From the IMG/VR virus record IMGVR_UViG_3300022217_000113, positions 1 through 49,902 of that record: a DNA stretch of 49,902 bases; one strand, written 5' to 3'. The notes under the pieces were generated by a model. The model saw nothing but the letters and a program-made list of their open reading frames with translations, did no database searches and was not told where the DNA came from. Both the position numbers and the translations under genes were made by a program. The stretch comes from a virus. Its lineage: Duplodnaviria > Caudoviricetes. Below are positions 10,130-19,195 of this stretch, one piece after another. Positions within the stretch are counted from its first letter, which is position 1; each line of letters opens with the position of its first letter.

Positions 10130-13100
10130 ATGGTTGACAGACTCGATGATTCTTTCCTGCTTCAAGAAGAAGAGCAGCCGACAGGCCGTGCCGATAGCAC
10201 ATTCCTGGATGACGCTTTTCTCTTAGAAGAAGAAGCGGCACCAGCTCCGGCCCCGGAAGAAAAACCGTATGAACTAAGCAGACCGGCAGAAGTAGGCCGG
10301 GCTTTCGTGCGTGGCGCGAATGTGCAAGGTCGAATGATGGCCGGTGGCGCGGCTGAGCTGGCCGGACGAGCGGTCGAGCAGCCTGCCCTAACGCCAGAAG
10401 AAGAAGCCGAGCAGCGTCGACAGGCAGCATTGCAAGAAGTCCCGAAGGATATTACCCAGGCCCGCGCTGAACAGCGCCGGGATTACGCTGGAGCAGTCAG
10501 CTTCAGGCCGCCAAACGAGGAAGGGATTCTCAATATGGCCAGGCTGTCCCGCGGCGTGAAAGATACCGTCCGTCTTCTGATGCAGGAAGCGGATGCCATT
10601 GTCCCCGATTTTATGAAAACAGGCGCGGCAGCCAACTGGGCAGCGGACGAGAAAGACAGCGTACAGCGAGTGGAAAAATTCGCTGAAGCCATGCAGAAGT
10701 GGGGCAAAAAGACTCAGATATCCGGACAGGAATGGCTGGAAGACAATATCGGATGGGCTCCGAGTAAGGCCTATACCGAGAAAAGTTTTCGAGAAAACCT
10801 ATATCTTGATCCGATCCGGGCGATTGGCAGCGTCTCAGCTGAAAATGCGCCCAACATGATCGCCACCATTGGCGCCTATGTCGTTGGCGGTCCAGCTCTG
10901 GGACTTGGTACCGGCTTCGCTCTCGAATCAGCCGATTCATTTACCAGCAATAAAGAGTACCTGGCAAAGAAATATGGCGGCGAAGACAATATCCCGCCAG
11001 TTGAGTGGGCGCGCTTGGTCGATGTGGCCACGTCTGTCGGCGCCGCCAATTCAGTGCTCGAATTGCTGCCGGTTACAAAGGCCTTCGAGCGGGCAGGACT
11101 TGGCAAGCAATTCTCGAACAACGTGATAAACGAAATAGCCAAGCGGCCGAAATTGATGATGAGCTTGCGCAAGGTTACCGTCGACACTGGCAAAGGAACG
11201 GCCACCGAAATGCCGACCGAGCTGGTACAGGAAATCGTGCAGATAGCCGGTGATATCACGCTTGGCCAGAATCCAGGCATCGATGAAAATATCGACAGAA
11301 TGTTGCAGGCTACGCTGGCAGCAGGACCGACCGGTGCCATCATGGGCGGTGGTACCAGCACCATAGGCGAGATATCAAGGGTCAAGGAACAGAGAAAGTT
11401 TGCTGCCGCTTATGAAGAGCACGAGCGAAAGATGCGGGAAACAGCTGCTAACAAGCCAGCAGAGCCGGAAACGATCCCTGATGCCGCACCAGTAGACGAG
11501 TACCAGGCTGCCTATGAGTCCATGGCGGCCGATATTGCGGCAGCTCCAGCGGCACCTGGCGCTGTTCCAAGCACTTTCGATCAGAAAGGACAGCCGGCAG
11601 AGCTGTTCAATCCTACGCATATTGACGCCAGCGGACAGCCGGTTCAGAGGGTAACCAAGGACGGCCAGCCTATTCCGGATACCTATATGCGTGCGGATGG
11701 CACCATTTTCAGGGATACCCAGGTTCAGGCCAACCCTGATGCTGTTGATCCGTCGATGGACGTTAACGTGGTCGCGGCGACAATCAAGGCTGAAGTAATG
11801 GGGCCATCGGCTGAAGTTGCCATACCAGAGCCTGTCACGCCGCCTGTAGCAGAGCTACCAGCAGCTGAACCAATCACTCCGATAGAACCGGCACCAGCTC
11901 CAGAGGCTGTCACGCGCCCGCAGGAGCCAGCCCCGGCACCAGAGTCAGAACAGCGAGCTGCCCAGATAGCGGCTGAGCTGACGCCTGAGCAGATCCAGGC
12001 CGAGATCGACCAGGTATCGGCTGCCGCCCGGGAGAGGATGGACGAGCTCAGGGAGGGCAAGCGAGCAGCTTATGAGGCAGAAACCGAGCTTGATTTTATG
12101 GCGCCGGAGGAAAGGGCTAGGCTCGACGACCTGAAGCGGGCGCTACCGTCCTATGGAGCTGAGGCCGAAGCTGCCAAGGAACGACTGAAGAAACGGGCTG
12201 CCGAGCGTAAACCTTTCGGCAAGCCAAAAACTGAAATCGACAAGGCAGCGGTAGAAGCCGCTACCAGTCCGACCAACGAGCTACCAGCGCCGACAGAGGC
12301 CCAGAAAGAAGCCGGTAATTACAAGAAAGGGCATGCCACTGTCCAGGGACTTGATATTGCCATCGAGAACCCGGCAGGCAGCAAGCGCCGTCCTGAGTGG
12401 CCGACCCTGAAGCAGCACTACGGTTACATCAAGCGCACGGTAGGTGCGGACTCAGAGCCTGGAGCGAAGCCGCACGAGATCGAGCAGGTAGACGTATTCG
12501 TTAAGCCTGGCGAAGAAATTCCGGCAGACAATCCGATTTTCGTTATTGATCAATATGATGCGTCTGGCAAGAAGTTCGACGAGCACAAGGTAATGATGGG
12601 ATTCGCCACCGAGCAGGAGGCTCGCGATGCGTATATGGCCAATTATACCCAGGGATGGAAAGGCCTGAAGCAGATTACCCAGGCGACCCCTGAAGAATTC
12701 AAGGCTTGGCTGGAGACCGGCGATTCAACCAAAGAATATGGGGCCATTGTTCCACGGGAAACAATTAAGGCGGAAGGTAAGGAATCAACTGTAACTACTT
12801 CAGTAGGAACGAAAATATCTACCAAATTTACAGTCGTTGATATGGATTCGCTGATCCCGTCGAACGATGATGCCGGCAATAAAAACCCGGCTTACCCGGA
12901 AGCATTGCAGCCGCGTGACCGGTCGCGAGGCGCATCCCAGGTTCAGATTAAGAAAATCGCCAGCAAACTGGATCCAGTCCTGCTTGGCGATTCCGTAAAG
13001 GCTTCTGATGGCGCACCGATAATCGGCGACGATGGCGTGGTCGAGTCTGGAAATGCCCGCGTGCTTGGCGTGCGCCTGGCCTACAAGACGGGCAAGGCCT

Positions 13101-15025
13101 CGGCCTACCGCCAGCACCTAATCGATAACGCAGCCGCCTACGGGCTCACAGCGGCCGATATGGAGGCAGTAAAGAATCCGGTCCTGGTCCGCGTCCGCCA
13201 GGGCGAGCTCAGCATGAAGGAAAGGGCAGAACTGGCACGGCAGGCGAATCAGCCCGATATCGCGCCAATGTCACCGGTTGAGCAGGCCAAGTCAGATGCC
13301 GACAGAATTACTGATGAGGATATGAAGCTGTATGCTCCGTCAGAGCAAGGCAATATCCTGGCGCCATCGAATCAAAGCTTTCTCCAGGGATTCGCCAAAA
13401 AGCTGGGCGACCTGGAAGCGGGCGGATTGACGACTGCTGATGGCCGATGGACCAAGCAGATGGCGGACCGGGTACAGGCAGCTATATTCTATAAGGCATA
13501 CGGTGACGAGCGGTTGCTGACGCTGACAGCTGAAGAAGCGGATCCGGATATTAAAAATATCTTGAGCGCATTGAATACTGCAGCACCGGCCTTTGCGCGA
13601 GCGCGAGCCGTGAAAGAAAATCTCGGCGATCTGGATATAATCAACGATATCGTCGGCGGCATTGATGTGATACGCCAAGCAAAAGCAGACGGCACCAGTG
13701 TTCGACAGATAGTAGACCAGGGCGGCCTGTTTGGAGACGTTGATCCCGTGGTTGCCAAGATGGCAGAGTTTATCGAGTCCAGCGCCAGAAGCTCGAAGCG
13801 CATGGGAGTCGGCTTTATGGAAATGGCCAAGTTTCTCGAAAAGGAACTGGTTAACATACATCAGGAATCATTGTTCGATCTACCGCCAGCAACCAAGGCC
13901 GATATAGTCGTTGCTGCAAATAAACGAATTACAGAGGTATATGGTGATGAAAAAAGAATCCCAGACTTATTCAGCAAAGAGCAGGTCGGACCCGCAGATA
14001 GCCAACGCGCTGCTGAAACTAGCCATAGCGTCAGGCAACAAGGCGAAGACGCTGGAACCGAAGCTAAAACCGCCGTTACCGGCTGGAAGAAAACAGCAGG
14101 CGGAAAATATATAGGTTACAAAGTGATGCGCCTGGACGGCAAGTCAGTCGTCTCTGGTGCAGACTCCAGGCTTAGATTCAGGAACAAGGCTGGCCAGGTT
14201 ATATCGATGACTGGCGAGGGCGTATTCCTGAGCAATGATCAAAAATATGTAACTGATTATTACAGTGGTCTGGCAGATAACGAAGTCCTGCTGAGACTGG
14301 AATTCGACAAAGCCGATATCGTTTTTGGAAAATCATCGTTCAATGATCGAGAGCCAGAGATTGGCGTAAGGTCTGCGACTATTTTGGAATCTATACCGAT
14401 CACCAAAGAAGGTGAGCCGATTGAGGTCCAGGAAAGCAAGAGCAAATATGGTGAGAATGTAGACGCCTTCTTTGAGGAATGGTTCGAGAATACTTTCAAT
14501 AATCCGTTCAGCCCTCGTGACCGGATTGTGATGAACAAGGCGCTACAGTCAAGGGACGACTTCGCAATGCTGGACGTGAGCCCGATAGGGAAAAATCTCA
14601 TTCATTTAAGCAGCATCCTTTCGTCTGAATCAGGCAGAGGCAATGGAGCCGCTGGCCTGAAAATGCTTATCGATCTGGCAGACAAACATGGGCTATCGAT
14701 TGATCTAACGGCAAAGGCTTTTGGTAGGGAACAAACCCTGTCCACGAAACAGCTGAAGAAATGGTATGGCCGTCATGGATTCGAGGAAACCAGGGGCGAC
14801 AGGATGATCCGCAAGCCGGCCCAGGAGCTGCCCGTTCCCGATCTTGCTGCCAGGCCGGCCCCGGAAGAAATAAAATACGCCTCAATGGAAGGTAAGGAAG
14901 TCAGTTACCAGGTACAGATCGAATCGACTGGCGAAGTATTTACCGTTACTGTAGATGCAGCTGAAGCCATGCGCGATCTTGATGCCAGGACCGAAGCATT
15001 GGCAGAATTGAGGAAGTGCTTGTAA
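10130..15025 (+). CDS. large polyvalent virion protein 1 (InPase-like, ddrB-like ParB, putative ART, GNAT domains)
   Basis: PTEAQKEAGNYKKGH..IENP.GS.R..HYGYI..D.VDVF..FDEHKVMMGF (InPase type, ~12280-12720); LQPRDRSR...GAPII..VVESGNAR (ddrB-ParB, ~12810-13300); GRGNG..L...ADKHG...L.KWY.RHGF (GNAT, ~14560-14820). Confidence 0.8.
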   Translation: MVDRLDDSFLLQEEEQPTGRADSTFLDDAFLLEEEAAPAPAPEEKPYELSRPAEVGRAFVRGANVQGRMMAGGAAELAGRAVEQPALTPEEEAEQRRQAALQEVPKDITQARAEQRRDYAGAVSFRPPNEEGILNMARLSRGVKDTVRLLMQEADAIVPDFMKTGAAANWAADEKDSVQRVEKFAEAMQKWGKKTQISGQEWLEDNIGWAPSKAYTEKSFRENLYLDPIRAIGSVSAENAPNMIATIGAYVVGGPALGLGTGFALESADSFTSNKEYLAKKYGGEDNIPPVEWARLVDVATSVGAANSVLELLPVTKAFERAGLGKQFSNNVINEIAKRPKLMMSLRKVTVDTGKGTATEMPTELVQEIVQIAGDITLGQNPGIDENIDRMLQATLAAGPTGAIMGGGTSTIGEISRVKEQRKFAAAYEEHERKMRETAANKPAEPETIPDAAPVDEYQAAYESMAADIAAAPAAPGAVPSTFDQKGQPAELFNPTHIDASGQPVQRVTKDGQPIPDTYMRADGTIFRDTQVQANPDAVDPSMDVNVVAATIKAEVMGPSAEVAIPEPVTPPVAELPAAEPITPIEPAPAPEAVTRPQEPAPAPESEQRAAQIAAELTPEQIQAEIDQVSAAARERMDELREGKRAAYEAETELDFMAPEERARLDDLKRALPSYGAEAEAAKERLKKRAAERKPFGKPKTEIDKAAVEAATSPTNELPAPTEAQKEAGNYKKGHATVQGLDIAIENPAGSKRRPEWPTLKQHYGYIKRTVGADSEPGAKPHEIEQVDVFVKPGEEIPADNPIFVIDQYDASGKKFDEHKVMMGFATEQEARDAYMANYTQGWKGLKQITQATPEEFKAWLETGDSTKEYGAIVPRETIKAEGKESTVTTSVGTKISTKFTVVDMDSLIPSNDDAGNKNPAYPEALQPRDRSRGASQVQIKKIASKLDPVLLGDSVKASDGAPIIGDDGVVESGNARVLGVRLAYKTGKASAYRQHLIDNAAAYGLTAADMEAVKNPVLVRVRQGELSMKERAELARQANQPDIAPMSPVEQAKSDADRITDEDMKLYAPSEQGNILAPSNQSFLQGFAKKLGDLEAGGLTTADGRWTKQMADRVQAAIFYKAYGDERLLTLTAEEADPDIKNILSALNTAAPAFARARAVKENLGDLDIINDIVGGIDVIRQAKADGTSVRQIVDQGGLFGDVDPVVAKMAEFIESSARSSKRMGVGFMEMAKFLEKELVNIHQESLFDLPPATKADIVVAANKRITEVYGDEKRIPDLFSKEQVGPADSQRAAETSHSVRQQGEDAGTEAKTAVTGWKKTAGGKYIGYKVMRLDGKSVVSGADSRLRFRNKAGQVISMTGEGVFLSNDQKYVTDYYSGLADNEVLLRLEFDKADIVFGKSSFNDREPEIGVRSATILESIPITKEGEPIEVQESKSKYGENVDAFFEEWFENTFNNPFSPRDRIVMNKALQSRDDFAMLDVSPIGKNLIHLSSILSSESGRGNGAAGLKMLIDLADKHGLSIDLTAKAFGREQTLSTKQLKKWYGRHGFEETRGDRMIRKPAQELPVPDLAARPAPEEIKYASMEGKEVSYQVQIESTGEVFTVTVDAAEAMRDLDARTEALAELRKCL

Positions 15026-15429
15026 TGACAGTCAAAAAGGTACTCAAGTCTAAGTCAGAATTAAAAAAAATGGCGCTATCAAAAGGCGCCAGAATTACTG
15101 ATGCAAGCGGCAATATTTTTAATGACAAAAGAAAGAAGACAGCTGCCGGGGAAAAGATACCTGAACCGGAAAAAAAGGAATTACCGGCACCAGCTCCAAA
15201 GCCGGTGATAGCAGGCCCAGATGCTGGGTCAAAGTTAGTGGCCGAGAAAATAGAAACGAGTGGCCACGATACTGTCGTCATGCTGGAAAATTTGAGAAAA
15301 CAAATAGCAGATATTCAGATGAACGCGGCGCAGCCGCCTATGGAGTGGGTATTTGATTTTGAGCGTAACGAACAGGGATATCTGACAAGGATTGTCGCCA
15401 CAGCAGATTCAAAAAAAACATTAAATTAA
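15025..15429 (+). CDS. hypothetical protein
   Basis: ATG overlaps the upstream TAA (TAATG); C-terminal WVFDFERNEQGYLTRIVA beta motif. Confidence 0.6.
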   Translation: MTVKKVLKSKSELKKMALSKGARITDASGNIFNDKRKKTAAGEKIPEPEKKELPAPAPKPVIAGPDAGSKLVAEKIETSGHDTVVMLENLRKQIADIQMNAAQPPMEWVFDFERNEQGYLTRIVATADSKKTLN

Positions 15430-15443
15430 CCGGAGAATGAAAA

Positions 15444-15959
15444 ATGAGAAATGAACTATTTAAACCAAAGACGGTGATTATCGCAGTATTGGTAGCGCTT
15501 GCCTTGCTCATTCTGGGCATTACAGCCGCGGTCGCTGGCGAGATCGGTGACAAGCGAATGATGAAATTGCCAACCATTACCTACGGCGCGATAGGTGCCT
15601 CGAATTTATCCGGACAGGCCTTGCTCGGCGTACGCATCCCGCAGAAAAATTACAACATTGCCATCGAGGCCTATGTCGGTGGTGGTAGCGGTATCGACGT
15701 TATGTTGCAGCAGCGCCTGGCCACGAATCATATTCGATTCATGCTCGGTGCCGGTGTTCGTGATGGAGCGGGCGCAATCGTTGTCGGAGCGAATTATGGA
15801 AAGTGGATTGCCAGAGTAAGATCATTTGATTCAGAAAGTACAAATATAACTACTCATAGCGGCCATCATCGCCATCATTCTTATTCAACATCGACGAACA
15901 GTACACGTCATCGAAACGAGCTGTTTATCGGTTATACGATACCGATCAATATCAGCTGA
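15444..15959 (+). CDS. signal-peptide protein, probable small outer-membrane beta-barrel
   Basis: GGAG SD; hydrophobic signal ending AVA; alternating amphipathic strands; His-rich loop; terminal LFIGYTIPI strand. Confidence 0.5.
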   Translation: MRNELFKPKTVIIAVLVALALLILGITAAVAGEIGDKRMMKLPTITYGAIGASNLSGQALLGVRIPQKNYNIAIEAYVGGGSGIDVMLQQRLATNHIRFMLGAGVRDGAGAIVVGANYGKWIARVRSFDSESTNITTHSGHHRHHSYSTSTNSTRHRNELFIGYTIPINIS

Positions 15960-16294
15960 TGATCAGATTCTATCTTTGCCCCATGGTGGATGATGGGAAG
16001 AGCAGCCAACTAAAACAGGCTTATGGCTGGCATCCCATGATCATGGATTTGCCGCGGGAGCCAGGGCAGACCATAAGGTGCCCTGGTGCGCATCCGTCTG
16101 GGTGGACGCTGGTAATGGTTGATCGCTCAGACCATTCTGGGATTATCGCGCACCCACAAGTAGACGCCTTGATGCCGGAACTAATGGGGCCCGTGCAGAC
16201 GAAGGTAGGGGCGATAGCGGCAACACAGGCTACCCCTCTGGGGAACAGCAGAACAAAGGCAGTTTCTTTATTGGAGAAATACGGAATACCCTAA
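15959..16294 (+). CDS. hypothetical protein, possibly truncated by an in-frame TAA (frame continues to 16378)
   Basis: Start coupled to the upstream stop; 27 further open codons follow the TAA and end in a TGA overlapping the next start. Confidence 0.5.
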   Translation: MIRFYLCPMVDDGKSSQLKQAYGWHPMIMDLPREPGQTIRCPGAHPSGWTLVMVDRSDHSGIIAHPQVDALMPELMGPVQTKVGAIAATQATPLGNSRTKAVSLLEKYGIP

Positions 16295-16374
16295 GGTGGA
16301 CTGGCTACCGGTAGAAGCTTTCTTGATAGAGCTCTACATGAAATAGACCCGATGGCAAATCTGGAGAGCCTGTT

Positions 16375-16992
16375 TTGACGACTGTATCAGACGACTTCAC
16401 GGACACGAACGGCACCGCCAGTACCGCGCATACACTGACAGGCGGTTCAAGCGTATGGAGCAAGCACCCAAATTTTACCGGCGTCAACGAGGTTCAGAGC
16501 AACCAGATGACGAACCAGGTCGGGTCGAATGGCGTGGACTACGCTGGTTCAGACAGCCCTTCAAGTGTCGATCAGGATATTACTACGGTTCACCAATCGG
16601 CTGACAATACCGGTGGCGGATGCGGCAGAATGAGCTCCAGCGCCTCTACGTTCTACCTATACCAGTACGTTTCCGGTGCGCCCGAGTGGAGACTACAAAA
16701 GATCGTATCTGGAACATTGACCACGCTTGGTACCTATAACGGCGATGCGCCGAGTACATCACGATCCGTATTGCTTGAAATCAGGGACGCTACTAAAAAG
16801 CTGATCATAGATTCCGTCGAACGAATATCGTCATCGGACAATGCAATTACAGCTGCCGGTGAATGGGGCTACTTCATGGGCGATGTATCTGATAACTTTG
16901 ACAGCTGGGCGGCATCTAACCCGGCCGTTGGTGGCCTGTCTATTCCGATAGCAGCTTACCACTACAACCATAACGTGGGGTCTAAACTCTAA
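16375..16992 (+). CDS. putative virion structural protein (beta-sandwich/lectin-like)
   Basis: TTG start with GGAG SD; SDDFTDTNGT...HT start; Ser/Thr/Gly-rich. Confidence 0.55.
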   Translation: MTTVSDDFTDTNGTASTAHTLTGGSSVWSKHPNFTGVNEVQSNQMTNQVGSNGVDYAGSDSPSSVDQDITTVHQSADNTGGGCGRMSSSASTFYLYQYVSGAPEWRLQKIVSGTLTTLGTYNGDAPSTSRSVLLEIRDATKKLIIDSVERISSSDNAITAAGEWGYFMGDVSDNFDSWAASNPAVGGLSIPIAAYHYNHNVGSKL

Positions 16993-18827
16993 TGCAATAC
17001 TTAAAAGCGGATACGGCAGTAAAGGTTGTAATAGGCCCGGTGGTTGCAGTCGGCGATGGCTATGTTCCTGTTACCACGCTTTCGTTGAGCACGGCAGACG
17101 AAGCCGAAATTATGAAGCATGATGCCGCCGCTGTAACAAGTATTTCAGGCAATACCTTTGCGGCGATCACAAGCGCTGACGGTTACTACAATTTAACCAT
17201 CACGGCAGCGCAGCTTGATACCGAAGGCATGCTGACTGTATTGATCAACGATGACTCCCTATGCTTGCCGGTCAGGCATGATTTCATGGTGGTCAGTGCG
17301 AATGTATATGATTCACTGTTCGCTGCTGCTGCAACTGATTACCTACAGGTGGATACCATCCAGGTCGGCGGTGCTACCGAAGATATCGCCACCGAGACCA
17401 AGCAAGATATTATTGATACCAATGTCGACGCTATCCTGGTCGATACAGCTGAGATCGGAGCTGCTGGTGCTGGCCTAACAGCATTGGCCCAGGCCAGCGT
17501 AGCGACTGAAGCCAGGCTGGCAGAGCTGGATGCAGCTAATATTCCTGCCGATGTTGATACCTTGCTCGCCCTGATAGGAAATATTGCCACCGGCTCGTCA
17601 GCGGTTTCGATCATTGCCGAGAGCCAGGTATTGACCACGGGCACCGAAGTTAATACTTACGCATCGACCGCAACCAAAGATGGCGTCTACCATGAGATCA
17701 CGGACGCGGCCGGTGCTATGGAATTGTATTATCAGTTCGATGTTGGTTCTGACGGCGTGGCGGCAGAGTGCTCAATGTGGGGCCGACTGTTCAGCTCAAA
17801 CGATACCATTGGAGTTTACGCCTGGAACTGGGCTACTTCGGCATGGGACCAGATTGGCGAATTAGATGGATCCGCTGCATCGAGCGATGTTTTCGTATCA
17901 TTCAATCTGCTGGTACCGCATACAGGAACCGGCGCGAATCTCGGCAAGGTCAGAGTGCGTGGGTACGCGGCCTCTGGCCTGACTTCAGCTACTCTGTATC
18001 TTGATCAGGTTTATGTGAGCTACGCGGTTATTCCGGTTTCAAGACAGACCAAGGGATCGGTTGTCGACGTATCGCCAGCAGCAGCCGGATTCGATACCGA
18101 CCTGACTGAAGCAGATACACACTGGGATGACGCGCTGTTGATCTTTACGAGCGGAACATTGCTTAACCAAGCCAGATCAATTTCATCATCGCTGGCTGCC
18201 AGTGGTGCCCTGACTTTTGACGAGGCATTTAGAGCGGCGCCAGCTAATGGTGACACGTTTATCATTTACCATACTCACATTCATCCGGTTAATCAGATTC
18301 GTGACGCTATCCTGGCAGACTCGACCCCATTCAACGGTGCCGATATACCAGCGATTCTGGCGGATACCGCCGATATGCAGCCGAAGCTTGGCGCCCCGGC
18401 AGGTGCGAGTATGTCAGCTGATATCGCCGCGGTTCAGGCGGACACTGACGCGATTGAGATTGATACCCAGGATATTCAATCAAGACTACCGGCAGCGCTG
18501 GTAGGCGGAAAGATATCGGCAGATGCGGTAGCAGTTGGAGGATCGACCGATGGCGCGACCAGGCTCGGCAAGGCCACTCAGGCGAATGTATACGGTACGG
18601 TAGGCGCTGCATCGACCACGACCAATATCGTTACCAGTGCCCTGGACCCGGCCGCAGCCGCCACAGATCAGTTCAAAGGCAAGATCGTTACCTTTGATGC
18701 CAATACGACTACGGCAGCCCTCAGAGGCCAGAGCACGGATATAACGGCGTCAACGGCTGGTGGAGCGCTTACCGTAACGGCATTAACAACCGCTCCGGTA
18801 TCGGGTGATACCTTCGTCATAACCTAA
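16992..18827 (+). CDS. putative fibre-like virion structural protein
   Basis: 611 aa, Ala/Thr/Asp-rich; repeated D.I..DT heptads and AP..GDTF.I motif present twice. Confidence 0.6.
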   Translation: MQYLKADTAVKVVIGPVVAVGDGYVPVTTLSLSTADEAEIMKHDAAAVTSISGNTFAAITSADGYYNLTITAAQLDTEGMLTVLINDDSLCLPVRHDFMVVSANVYDSLFAAAATDYLQVDTIQVGGATEDIATETKQDIIDTNVDAILVDTAEIGAAGAGLTALAQASVATEARLAELDAANIPADVDTLLALIGNIATGSSAVSIIAESQVLTTGTEVNTYASTATKDGVYHEITDAAGAMELYYQFDVGSDGVAAECSMWGRLFSSNDTIGVYAWNWATSAWDQIGELDGSAASSDVFVSFNLLVPHTGTGANLGKVRVRGYAASGLTSATLYLDQVYVSYAVIPVSRQTKGSVVDVSPAAAGFDTDLTEADTHWDDALLIFTSGTLLNQARSISSSLAASGALTFDEAFRAAPANGDTFIIYHTHIHPVNQIRDAILADSTPFNGADIPAILADTADMQPKLGAPAGASMSADIAAVQADTDAIEIDTQDIQSRLPAALVGGKISADAVAVGGSTDGATRLGKATQANVYGTVGAASTTTNIVTSALDPAAAATDQFKGKIVTFDANTTTAALRGQSTDITASTAGGALTVTALTTAPVSGDTFVIT

Positions 18828-19195
18828 TGGCCACGACACGTCTCGGCCTCAACGGATACGGTACCAGGCCAGCCGGGAGCTTTGCAGGGAAGACGGCGGT
18901 AACCACGCATCCGGTCGGCGTTATTACCCGGCTTGGCTTGAATGGTTACATGGCAATGCGGGTCGGCTCTTTCTCCGGAAAGACGCCTGCCGAGATTGTG
19001 CCCGAGATACCGGTCACGCCTACGCCTCCGCCCTCCGGTGGTCGCGGTAGCGGCCCGATCTACCGGGAATGGGCGCCAGGCTATGATCAGTACCGCGAAG
19101 ACGCACTCAGGGAAACTCGCAGGAAAAGGATTTTGGCAGAAGATGATGATATCGTAGCCTTAATCGCTGCAATGATTACAAAAAGGTTGATGTAA
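18827..19195 (+). CDS. hypothetical protein with duplicated TRLGLNGY..GSF.GKT motif
   Basis: TAATG coupling at both ends; internal duplicated motif; C-terminal RILAEDDDIVALI helix. Confidence 0.6.
   Translation: MATTRLGLNGYGTRPAGSFAGKTAVTTHPVGVITRLGLNGYMAMRVGSFSGKTPAEIVPEIPVTPTPPPSGGRGSGPIYREWAPGYDQYREDALRETRRKRILAEDDDIVALIAAMITKRLM

Noticed and set aside
10483-14885. Many antisense ORFs inside polyvalent gene 1 (e.g. 10876-11385, 11725-12060, 13340-13861, 14260-14601)
   Set aside because: They have shadow-type Ser/Ala/Ile/Arg composition and no convincing SD plus promoter, unlike the 20091-20309 ORF
16292-16294. Possible genome-wide stop-codon reassignment suggested by the in-frame TAA
   Set aside because: TAA, TAG and TGA all terminate tightly coupled genes elsewhere, and long ORFs are intact under the standard code
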